From an uncultured Planctomycetaceae bacterium (lineage in GTDB: Bacteria > Planctomycetota > Planctomycetia > Planctomycetales > Planctomycetaceae), in assembly GCA_963815195.1 (NCBI GenBank), contig CAWFGE010000013.1:160001-224000 (forward strand): a stretch of DNA of 64,000 bases. The letters run 5' to 3'. This document shows, piece by piece, positions 54,730 through 64,000 of the stretch. The notes below the pieces were generated by a model. That model was not told the origin of the DNA. It made no database searches and worked only from the letters and a program-made list of their open reading frames with translations. Numbering within the stretch: position 1 is the stretch's first letter; every line of letters begins with the position of its first letter. The position numbers were made by a program, and so were the translations under genes.

Positions 54730-55665
54730 TTAGCCACTCACGACGTGATCGATGTTTTCGCCGTTGTGCAGGTGCAATTGATTGCGGCCGCGGCGTTCCG
54801 ATTTGGCGAGGGCGTTGCCGGCCCGATTTAACACGAGGTCTTCGTTCTCGTGCGGATGGCAGTCGGTGTAGCCCAGGCTCGCGGTGATGAACACTTCCTG
54901 ACCGCTTTCGCTCACCCGGAAATGATGATGCCGGATCGAATCGCGGATCGCCCGCGCGAGTTTCGGCCCCAAATCGGGTTCGAGCGAAGGCAGGAGCACG
55001 CCGAAGGTGTTCTCATCATGCCGGCAGACCAGGTCTTCCTCGCGGGCCGCACGGATGATCACCCCGGCGAATTTTCGCAAGAGGACTTCCAAGCCTTCCG
55101 CGCCGAACCGCTCGGCCAACTTTTCATAACCATCCAGCTTGACGAACAGAAACCCGCTCGAGCGGTTGTGCTCGGTGCTCTTGGCGAGCATGGCGGTTAT
55201 GTTGATTTCCAGGGCCGACGCGTCGGGGGTTTTGGTGAGTTCGTCGGCCGGTTCGCGGATCCATTCGATTTCAAAGGGGGAAGACCCCGCGGGTGCGGGA
55301 GGTTTTCCGGAAATCACCTGCGCGACTTGCTGCTGGAGTTCCACGATGTCGGCGAGCGTTTCCAGAAGCGCATCGCGGCGGCTGGTGAGATCGGCGGTGT
55401 CTTCTTCGGACAAAACGAGTTGCCGGCATTCTTTGAGGGCTCGGGTCGCCTCGAACGCGGCTTCCAGGTTCTCCCGCACCATTGGCAACAAATCGGCCTG
55501 CCGGCCGGATGCCCGTTTGACCCGCGACCGCGAGGAGAACCAGGCATAAACGGCCCCGCAGGCAAAGCCCGCGCCCCCGGCCGCGAACAAGGCCCCCATC
55601 GCCCACAGCCAAAAGGTCAAAGGCGCTGCCGCGTTTGGCAGCCAGTCGCTCAAGGCCAAACCCAC
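54730..55665 (-). CDS. Membrane-anchored degenerate GGDEF domain protein
   Basis: TM helix, coiled coil, DELTK, FVKLDGY; REEDLVCRHDENTF in place of RxxD...GGDEF; ALAKSERRGRNQ. Confidence 0.85.
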   Translation of the reverse strand: MGLALSDWLPNAAAPLTFWLWAMGALFAAGGAGFACGAVYAWFSSRSRVKRASGRQADLLPMVRENLEAAFEATRALKECRQLVLSEEDTADLTSRRDALLETLADIVELQQQVAQVISGKPPAPAGSSPFEIEWIREPADELTKTPDASALEINITAMLAKSTEHNRSSGFLFVKLDGYEKLAERFGAEGLEVLLRKFAGVIIRAAREEDLVCRHDENTFGVLLPSLEPDLGPKLARAIRDSIRHHHFRVSESGQEVFITASLGYTDCHPHENEDLVLNRAGNALAKSERRGRNQLHLHNGENIDHVVSG

Positions 55666-56048
55666 GAAATCGTCTCCAGCAGGATGAGGGGGAAATCCAC
55701 CGCGGCTCCGAAACTCACGGAACCGCCACCCTTAAGCCTAGCTTAAATCTCCACGTCAAATCGGCGATCGGCCGGTTCCGCCTGCCCGAATCCGGCTCGG
55801 AAGATGCCGGTGGTGAGGGTTATCACGGTTGCAGAAAATCAGGCTGCGTTGTGGCTGGGCAGTTTCCTGAACTGAAGGAACCGATTCTCCCGCACAAAAT
55901 CAAAGCAAAGCTGCCTGTGCAGAAGGCGGGAATCGCGAAGATGCAGATCGCCTTGGGCGTAAGCCCAAGTTTGCTCTCGTCGCACAAGCCAACTTGACGA
56001 AATGAAACACCGCAGGATACAACCCGTATTGTGAGCACAAACCAATCC

Positions 56049-56064
56049 CGGCATATTCTTTGCT
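56049..56064 (+). promoter_or_regulatory. Sigma-54 (-24/-12) promoter
   Basis: CGGCA-TATTCT-TTGCT, about 65 nt upstream of the CP-ATP-grasp ATG. Confidence 0.6.
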
Positions 56065-56130
56065 GTTCGGGGGAATCCAATGAACTCTCCCGGTGACATT
56101 TCGGTTCGGTTCTAAAACTCCAGCGAGCCC

Positions 56131-57646
56131 ATGACTGATTCCTCCGCCGCGGCGAACGGCTGTTACGACGAAATGTACGATGGCGACGGGCACCCCCGGC
56201 GAAAAATCTTCGCGGAGCAACTGGGGGGGCTGACCGCGGAGGACCTTCGGCATCGGCAGAACCGCGCGGAATCCACGCTGCTCACGCGGGGCATCACGTT
56301 TGCCGTCTATGGCGACCAGGCGGGAAATGAAAAAATCTGGCCGTTCGACATCATCCCCCGCATCCTCGACGGGGCGGAATGGCAAATCGTCGAGAACGGT
56401 TTGAAGCAGCGGATCCGCGCTGAACCTGTTCATCGAGGATGTCTATAACCAGGGGCAAATCTTGAAGGACAAGGTCGTCCCCGAAGAAATGATCCGCACC
56501 GCCAAAACCTTCCGCCCGCAATGCCAGGGTCTTAAACCCGCGAAAGGCGTGTGGGCCCACGTCACCGGGACCGACCTGGTTCGCGATGCCGACGGGCAAA
56601 TTTATGTGCTCGAAGACAACCTCCGCTGCCCGTCGGGCGTGTCGTATGTTCTCGAAAACCGCGAGATTATGAAGCGGATTCTGCCCGAGGTGTTTCGCGG
56701 GTCGCCCGTGGCTCCGGTGGAAGACTATCCCGAACGCCTCTTGCAAACGCTGCTCGAAACCGCGCCGCCCTCGGCCCACTATCCCACCGCGGTGGTCTTG
56801 ACGCCCGGAATTTATAACTCGGCGTACTTCGAGCATTCGTTCCTCGCCCAGCAGATGGGCGTGGAATTGGTGCAAGGCTCGGACCTCAGCGTGGAAAACG
56901 GCCGCGTGGTGATGCACACCACCAAGGGCAAGCAGCCGGTGGATGTGATTTATCGGCGGATCGATGATGACTTCCTCGACCCGAAATGCTTTCGCGAGGA
57001 TTCCTGCCTCGGTGTGCCGGGCTTGATGGATGTCGTCAAAGCCGGCCGGGTGACATTGGCCAACGCCCCCGGCACCGGCATCGCGGATGATAAAGCCCTC
57101 TACGCCTTTGTGCCCGAAATCATCAAGTACTACCTGGGTGAAGACGCAATCCTGCCGAACGTGCCGACGTATATCTGCGCGGACGAGAAGGAAAAGAATT
57201 ACGTGCTCTCGCATCTCGACAAGTTGGTCGTCAAGCCCACCAACGAATCCGGCGGGTACGGGATTTTGATGGGGCCGCAGGCATCGAAGGAGGAACGTGA
57301 AAAGTGCGCCCAGGCGGTGAAGGCCAATCCGCGGAATTACATCGCCCAGCCGATGCTGTCGTTGTCCACGGTGCCGACGATTGTGGACGACCACACCGAA
57401 CCCCGGCACGTGGACCTGCGGCCGTTCATTTTGTGCGGGGAAGACATTTACGTGCTGCCGGGCGGCTTGACGCGCGTCGCCTTGAAAAAAGGCTCGATGA
57501 TCGTCAATTCCTCCCAAGGCGGCGGCAGCAAAGACACCTGGGTCCTGGCGGACAACCTGGCCGCGGCGGCCGACCAAATCGTCCCCCTGCAAAACCAGCA
57601 ATCCCAATCGAACGGCCACCAATCGCAATCCCAATCCGCCGAGTGA
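56131..57646 (+). CDS. Circularly permuted type 2 ATP-grasp protein (frameshift ~56420)
   Basis: [59 protein letters not shown]. Confidence 0.92.
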
Positions 57647-57677
57647 ATCGCGGCAATCACAGGAGCAAGTCCAAGGC

Positions 57678-58637
57678 ATGCTAAGCCGGGTCGCGGAATC
57701 GATTTACTGGATGAGCCGCTACATCGAGCGGGCCGAGAACGTGGCCCGGTTTATCGATGTGAACCAGAACCTCACTTTGAGTTTCCAAGGCAGCTTCTCG
57801 CCGCAGTGGGCGCCGCTGGTTTATACGACCGGCGACGAGGCTTTGTTTGAGGAGATTTACGGAACGGGCAGCTTCGATCAGCAGCGGGTGTTTCAGTTTT
57901 TGACGTTTGACACCCGCAATCCCAATTCGATTCTCTCCTGCCTCACTCGGGCCCGGGAGAACGCCCGCTCTGTCCGCGAGAACTTGACGACGCCGATGTG
58001 GGAGGAGATCAACAAGTTCTTCCTGCAAGTTCGCGGGGCGGCGGCGCGGCCGGTGCTCGCGCAGCCTTATGATTTTCTGAACGACGTCAAACGCAGCAGC
58101 CATCTGATTTGGGGCGTGACCGACTCCACGATGTCGCACAGCGAAGGCTGGCACTTCAGCCGCATGGGCCGGTTTCTGGAGCGGGCCGACAAGACCTCGC
58201 GGATCCTCGACGTGAAGTATTTCATCCTGCTTCCCGATCTCAAAGACATCGGCACGCCGATGGACGCCGTGCAATGGGGGGCGCTTCTCGAATCCACGAG
58301 CGCCCTGCAGATGTACCGCAAGTTTCACGGGCGGATCATCCCGCTCAAGGTTGCTGACTTTTTGATTTTGGACCGCTTGTTCCCGCGGTCGATGCACTTC
58401 TGCATTATCCGCGTGGAAGAGTCGCTGCACGCCGTGACCGGCGAGGCCGAGGGCGGTTTCAGCAATCCCGCCGAGAAACTCGTGGGCCGGCTCAAGGCGG
58501 AACTCGATTACATGCACATCGACGATGTCATCGCCCAAGGCATGCACCAGTTTATCGATGGCTTCCAATCGCAAATGAACGATGTGGGCAAAGCCATTCA
58601 CCAAAGCTTCTTCAGGCGCGAACCCGCCGTGGTTTGA
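57678..58637 (+). CDS. Alpha-E domain protein (DUF403)
   Basis: MLSRVAESIYWMSRYIERAEN; GRFLERADKTSRILDVK; FPRS. Confidence 0.93.
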   Translation: MLSRVAESIYWMSRYIERAENVARFIDVNQNLTLSFQGSFSPQWAPLVYTTGDEALFEEIYGTGSFDQQRVFQFLTFDTRNPNSILSCLTRARENARSVRENLTTPMWEEINKFFLQVRGAAARPVLAQPYDFLNDVKRSSHLIWGVTDSTMSHSEGWHFSRMGRFLERADKTSRILDVKYFILLPDLKDIGTPMDAVQWGALLESTSALQMYRKFHGRIIPLKVADFLILDRLFPRSMHFCIIRVEESLHAVTGEAEGGFSNPAEKLVGRLKAELDYMHIDDVIAQGMHQFIDGFQSQMNDVGKAIHQSFFRREPAVV

Positions 58638-58772
58638 ATGGAAATCATAAACCACAAAGACACGAAGAAAACAGATCGAGCCGCGGATGATAGGCGGATT
58701 GAACGGGACACAAATCCCAAAACCAAATGACAAAATCCTAAGAAGCTGGAAATGTTTTTATGCGGCGAGGTT

Positions 58773-58988
58773 TTTACCGCGAAGCGGTTACATCACAAAG
58801 CCCAGAATCGCGAAGCGCATTCTGGGTGATGAGTGATGAGCGCCCGGTATTCCTTACGCCGAAGGCGTTATACAACAGTTTTGTATAACGCCTTCGGCGT
58901 ATTAAGGGTTATTTTGGGACCTGAAACCCAGGGTGGCGCGGCTGCGCCGCTGACCCTGGGCTTTGTTATGTAACGCCTTCGGCGTAAA
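58773..58988. repeat. Nested inverted-repeat (REP/REPIN-like) element
   Basis: Four TACGCCGAAGGCGTTA-type units in two inverted pairs, with CCCAG...CTGGG hairpins; same layout as 5862-6126. Confidence 0.85.
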
Positions 58989-59038
58989 GACAAAACCCGT
59001 TGCCTGTCTGATTTTTCTCCTTTTGATTTTCCGCTCCT

Positions 59039-62000
59039 ATGACTATTCAGATTGCGCTTTCGCATAAGACCCAGTATCGTTATGACCGTCTCGTTACATT
59101 GGGGCCGCAGGTGGTGCGGTTGCGGCCGGCTCCGCATTGCCGGACACCGATTGTCAGCTATTCGCTGAAGGTCTCGCCCGAGACACATTTTTTGAACTGG
59201 CAGCAGGACCCGCACGGGAATTACCTGGCCCGGCTGGTGTTTCTGGAAAAGACTCGCGAGTTTTCCGTCGAAGTCGATGTGATCGCCGAGATGACGGTGA
59301 TTAACCCGTTCGACTTCTTCATCGAAGCCTCGGCGGAGAAGTTTCCGTTCGTCTATGCCGAGGATTTGGCGCACGACCTCCGCCCGTTTTTGCGGACGGA
59401 ACCCGGCGGGCCGAAGTTTGACGGCTATCTGAACGCGGTCGATAAAACGCCCCGGCGGACGGTGGAGTTTTTGATCGAACTGAACCAAAAGCTCCAACAG
59501 GATGTGGATTACCTGATCCGCATGGAGCCCGGCGTGCAATCGCCCGAAGAGACGCTCGCGAACGGTTCCGGTTCGTGCCGGGATTCCAGTTGGCTCCTGG
59601 TGCAGTTATGCCGGCATCTGGGACTGGCGGCCCGGTTTGTCTCGGGGTATCTCGTGCAGCTGGCCCCGGACATCAAATCGCTGGATGGCCCGTCGGGTCC
59701 CGAAAGCGATTTCACCGATCTGCACGCCTGGGCCGAGGTCTATCTGCCGGGAGCGGGTTGGGTGGGGATGGATCCCACCTCGGGTTTGCTCGCGGGGGAA
59801 GGGCATATTCCGCTGGCGGCGACGCCTCATCCGATGTCGGCGGCTCCGATCTCCGGCGGCGTGGAACAGTGCGAAACCGAGTTCCATTTCGAGATGGCCG
59901 TCACGCGCTTTCATGAAGATCCCCGCGTGACCAAGCCCTACACCCCAGAGCAATGGCAGCAAATTCAAGCCCTCGGCCGGTCCGTGGACCAAAAACTTCA
60001 AGCGGGCGACGTGCGGCTGACGATGGGCGGCGAGCCGACGTTTGTGTCCATCGACGATATGGAAGGCGACGAATGGAACATCGCCGCCGTCGGCCCCACG
60101 AAAAAACTGTTGGCGTCGAATTTATTGTTCCGGCTTTACGACCGGTTTGCCAAGGGGGGGCTCTTGCATTATGGGCAGGGCAAGTGGTATCCCGGCGAAT
60201 CGTTGCCTCGCTGGGCGCTGAAGTTGTTTCTGGCGAACCGACGGCGAGCCGCTGTGGAACAATCCCGAATTGATCGCCAAGGAGGAAGTGGCCTATCAGC
60301 ACACGCCGGAAGACGCCCGCCGATTCACCCGGGAGCTGGCGAAGGAGTTGGACGTCGATCCCCAATGGATCGTCACGGCGTACGAGGACGTTTGGCATTT
60401 CCTGCAGCAAGAGCAAAAGCTGCCCGTGCACGTCGATCCTTCGCAATGGGACCTTAAAGACAGCGAAGAACGCCGGCGGCTGGCGCGGGTCATTGAACGC
60501 GGGATGGACACGCCCGTGGGCTGCATGCTGCCTTTGCGCCAACAGTGGTGGCAAGCTCGGCCGCAGTGGGTCAGCGGTCCCTGGCCGATTCGCTCCGAAA
60601 AGTTATTCCTGATTCCCGGCGATTCGCCGATGGGCCTGCGATTGCCTTTGGATTTGCTCTTCACTTCGTCCGGTGGGGATCGGCCCTGGTTTTATGAACG
60701 CGACCCGATGGCCCCGCGACCGGCCCTTCCCCACCGGGAAGAATTATTGCGGTCCCTGACCGGAGAATCTCGCCCCGTGACGCAACTTCGCGGCGGGAAA
60801 ACCGGTGAGCAGCCGGAAGTCAAACCGGAGGAAGACCACGAGCGGAGTGACGAGCCGGCGGATGCGATCCGCACCGCGATGTGCATCGAGCCGCGAAACG
60901 GCCGATTGCATATCTTCATGCCGCCCACGGAGCGGTTGGAAGACTATCTGGAACTCATCACCAAGGTGGAGCAAACCGCCGAGGCCTTGGAGATGCCGGT
61001 GGTGATTGAGGGCTATCTTCCGCCGCCGGACGATCGGTTGAACCACATCAAAGTCACGCCCGATCCCGGGGTGATTGAAGTCAATGTGCAGCCGGCCCAC
61101 GACTGGGAGGAGTTGGTCGCGATCACGACGGGCATTTACGAGGATGCCCATTTCTCGCGGTTGGGGACGGAGAAATTTCAACTGGACGGCCGGCACACCG
61201 GCACGGGCGGCGGGAATCATCTCGTGTTGGGCGGCCCCACGCCTGCGGACAGCCCGTTTCTCAGGCGGCCGGATTTGCTCCGCAGTTTGATTGCGTATTG
61301 GATCAATCACCCGGCGCTGTCGTATATTTTTTCGGGGATGTTCATCGGCCCGACCAGCCAGGCCCCGCGCGTGGATGAAGGCCGGCGGGATGCGATTTAC
61401 GAACTCAAAATCGCGATGGAGCAAATTCCCGAACGGGGCCACGTGCCGCCTTGGCTGGTGGACCGGGTGTTTCGGCATTTGCTGGTCGATCTCACGGGCA
61501 ACACGCACCGGGCCGAGTTTTGCATCGACAAACTCTACTCGCCGGATTCCAGCACCGGTCGGCTTGGGTTGGTGGAGTTTCGCGCTTTCGAAATGCCGCC
61601 GCACGCGCGGATGTCCCTCACCCAGCAGCTTTTGGTGCGGGCGATCGTGGCGAGGTTTTGGGAAGCGCCTTACCGCGAAGAGTTGATCTCGTGGGGCACG
61701 GCTCTCCACGACAAATTCATGCTGCCGCATTTCTTGATGGAGGATTTTCGCGATGTGATCACGGGCATGCAGTCGGCGGGATTTGATTTGGAACCCGATT
61801 GGTTCCTGCCGCACTTTGAGTTTCGCTGTCCGGTGATCGGAAAACTTTCGGAAAAGGGGATGCAGCTTACGCTCCGGCAGGCCATCGAACCCTGGTATGT
61901 CTTGGGGGAAGAGCCGGCGGGCGGGGCGACGTCGCGGTTTGTGGATTCTTCGGTGGAGCGGTTGGAAGTCAAAGCCGGGGGGCTGAATCCCGAACGCTAT

Positions 62001-62381
62001 TCCATCGTCTGCAACGGCCGGGCCGTGCCTTTGCATCCGACGGGGGTGGAAGGGGAATACGTGGCGGGGGTCAGGTATCGGGCCTGGCAGCCGCCGAGTT
62101 GTCTGCATCCGACGATTCCCGTCGATACGCCTTTGGTGTTCGACATTGTGGACCGCTGGAACGACCGCTCGGTCGGAGGCTGCAAATACCATATAGACCA
62201 CCCAGGCGGACTCAACCCGGGCACATTTCCCATCAATGCCCTGGAAGCGGAGAGCCGCCGGGCTTCCAGATTTTTTAAAATGGGTCATACTGGAGGAGCG
62301 GTGCGGGTGCGTCCCGAACCGCCGAACCCGGAATTTCCGTTGACCCTGGACCTCCGCCGCCATCGCCCATCCCATCTATGA
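59039..62381 (+). CDS. Transglutaminase-like protein fused to DUF2126 putative amidoligase (frameshift ~60225)
   Basis: GSCRD, DLHAWAEVYLPGAGW.GMDPT; TMGGEPTF, TPDPGVIEVN, GTGGGNH, GNTHRAEFCIDKLYSPD. Confidence 0.92.
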
Positions 62382-64000
62382 TCATCCAAACCGCCGAGGA
62401 CGCCAGCGCCTTTGACAATCTCCTCAAACAATATGTTCCGCCCGCGGGCATATATGACGAGATGCTCGCGGCGCCGGGGCAGTTGCGGGCGCATTGGCAG
62501 GGGATGGTCCGTTTATTGACCCGCGTGCGGGCGAACGAATTGTCCCGCCGCTGGGAACTCGCGGATCGGCTGATTCACGAAAACGGAGTGACGTATAACG
62601 TCTATGGCCAGCCGAACGACAAGCCCCGGCCGTGGGAGTTGGACATTCTGCCGGTCGTGTACTCGGCAAGGGAATGGCAGTCGGTTTCCGACGGTTTGAC
62701 GCAGCGGGTCCGTTTGCTCAACCTGATTCTCGCCGATTTGTACGGGCCGCGGGAATTGCTCAAACGGCGGCTCTTGCCGCCGGAAGCGGTGTTGGCTCAT
62801 CCGCGGTTCATGCTGCCGTTTCACAATATGCAACCGGCGGGCGGCCAGCACATCCATCTGTACGCGGCGGAGATGGCCCGCTCTCCGGACGGGCGGTGGT
62901 GGATCATGGCGGACCGCGCGGCGGCCCCGTCTGGGGCGGGTTACGCGGTGGAAAACCGCATCGTCGCATCGCGGACCTGGCCGCATTTGATCCAGGACTG
63001 CCGGGTGCAAAGGCTGGCATCGTTCTTCATAACGATGCAGGAAAGCCTGCAATACCTGGCGCCGCATCACAAGGAAAACCCGCGGATCGTCTTGCTCACG
63101 CCGGGACCGATCCATCCCTATTATTTCGAGGATGCGTTTCTGGCGCGGTACTTGGGTTACACGCTCGTGGAAGGCGGCGACCTCGCCGTGCGGAACGATC
63201 AGGTCGCGCTCAAAACCTTGGGCGGGCTCTTGCCGGTGGATGTGATCTTCCGCCGGATTCCCGATGCCGACTGCGACCCGTTGGAACTGGGCGGCACGTC
63301 GCCTCATGGCATTCCTGGATTGCTCGAGGCGTCGCGGGCGGGGAGCGTGGCGGTGGTGAATGCGTTCGGCTGCGGGCTGTTGGAGACGCCGTTGTTCATG
63401 GCGTATTTGCCCGCCTTGTGCCAGACGCTGTTGAGCGAAACTTTGAAAATCCCGTCGATCGCGACGTGGTGGTGCAACGATCCCGACTCGTTGAAATACG
63501 TGTTGGAGCATTTGGGCGACCTGGTCATCAAGCCGGCGTATCTGCAGAGCGGTTCGCATGAGGTCCTGGTCGATCAATTGTCGAAAACCGAGCGGGAAAG
63601 CCTGATCGCCTCGATCAAAGCCGACCCGCGAAAGTTCGTTGCCCAGGAAAAGATCAGCCGGTCGTCCACGCCTTCGTTCCGGCAGGGCCGATTGGAGCCG
63701 GGGCACGTGGCGGTGCGGACTTACGTGGTGGCGACGCAGGATTCCTACCAGACGATGCCCGGCGGATTGATTCGTGTCGCGTCGAGCACCGAGCCGTTGG
63801 AACTGTCGATCGCGGCGGGCGAGTTCAGCAAGGACGCCTGGGTGCTGTCGGAAGGGCCGGTCCAACCGGTGAGCCTGTTGGCTCCGTCGGACCAGGGGAT
63901 TCATCTCAGCCGGTCCGGGGCGGAGTTGCCCAGCCGCGTGGCCGACCATCTCTTCTGGCTGGGGCGGAATCTCGAACGGGCCGACAGCGCAGCCCGCTTG
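62378..64000 (+). CDS. Circularly permuted type 2 ATP-grasp / alpha-E fusion protein (runs off the window)
   Basis: ATG overlaps the previous TGA; manual translation MIIQTAED...YDEML...PSGAGYAVENR...YFEDAFLARYLG...SKDAWVL...LPSRVADHLFWLGRNLERAD. Confidence 0.9.
   Translation, partial: MIIQTAEDASAFDNLLKQYVPPAGIYDEMLAAPGQLRAHWQGMVRLLTRVRANELSRRWELADRLIHENGVTYNVYGQPNDKPRPWELDILPVVYSAREWQSVSDGLTQRVRLLNLILADLYGPRELLKRRLLPPEAVLAHPRFMLPFHNMQPAGGQHIHLYAAEMARSPDGRWWIMADRAAAPSGAGYAVENRIVASRTWPHLIQDCRVQRLASFFITMQESLQYLAPHHKENPRIVLLTPGPIHPYYFEDAFLARYLGYTLVEGGDLAVRNDQVALKTLGGLLPVDVIFRRIPDADCDPLELGGTSPHGIPGLLEASRAGSVAVVNAFGCGLLETPLFMAYLPALCQTLLSETLKIPSIATWWCNDPDSLKYVLEHLGDLVIKPAYLQSGSHEVLVDQLSKTERESLIASIKADPRKFVAQEKISRSSTPSFRQGRLEPGHVAVRTYVVATQDSYQTMPGGLIRVASSTEPLELSIAAGEFSKDAWVLSEGPVQPVSLLAPSDQGIHLSRSGAELPSRVADHLFWLGRNLERADSAARL

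Noticed and set aside
58640..58745. Small ORF or sRNA after the alpha-E gene
   Set aside because: Consists of short low-complexity A/C-rich motifs next to the REP-like element, with no coding or structural support

Overview
High-GC bacterial window with a Planctomycetota (Planctomycetaceae-like) signature: three DUF1559 prepilin-like genes with partner lipoproteins, a CRTAC1/TPR cluster, fused aroD-aroE and a kinase-FGE protein. Housekeeping genes include ispD, aroDE, fbaB, HU, pyrD, trpS, tRNA-Lys, pyc and mgtE. About 17 reading-frame breaks in 11 genes most likely reflect long-read indel errors. Main candidates: (1) an operon running globin-coupled kinase, double receiver, hybrid kinase and REC-ANTAR, plus, 28 kb away, an ANTAR-less pseudo-receiver paralogue behind a tandem-hairpin/terminator leader; (2) a tungsten-type AOR with MoaD next to a ThDP enzyme resembling cyanobacterial 2-oxoglutarate decarboxylase; (3) a BlaI/BlaR1-like pair followed by a domain-permuted secretin fused to a trypsin-like protease; (4) three sigma-54 promoters in front of a degenerate PII, a BON/FHA pair and a CP-ATP-grasp/alpha-E/transglutaminase cluster; (5) an arylsulfatase disrupted by a 407-bp AT-rich insert. 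All family calls come from motif recognition by eye. No database searches were run.
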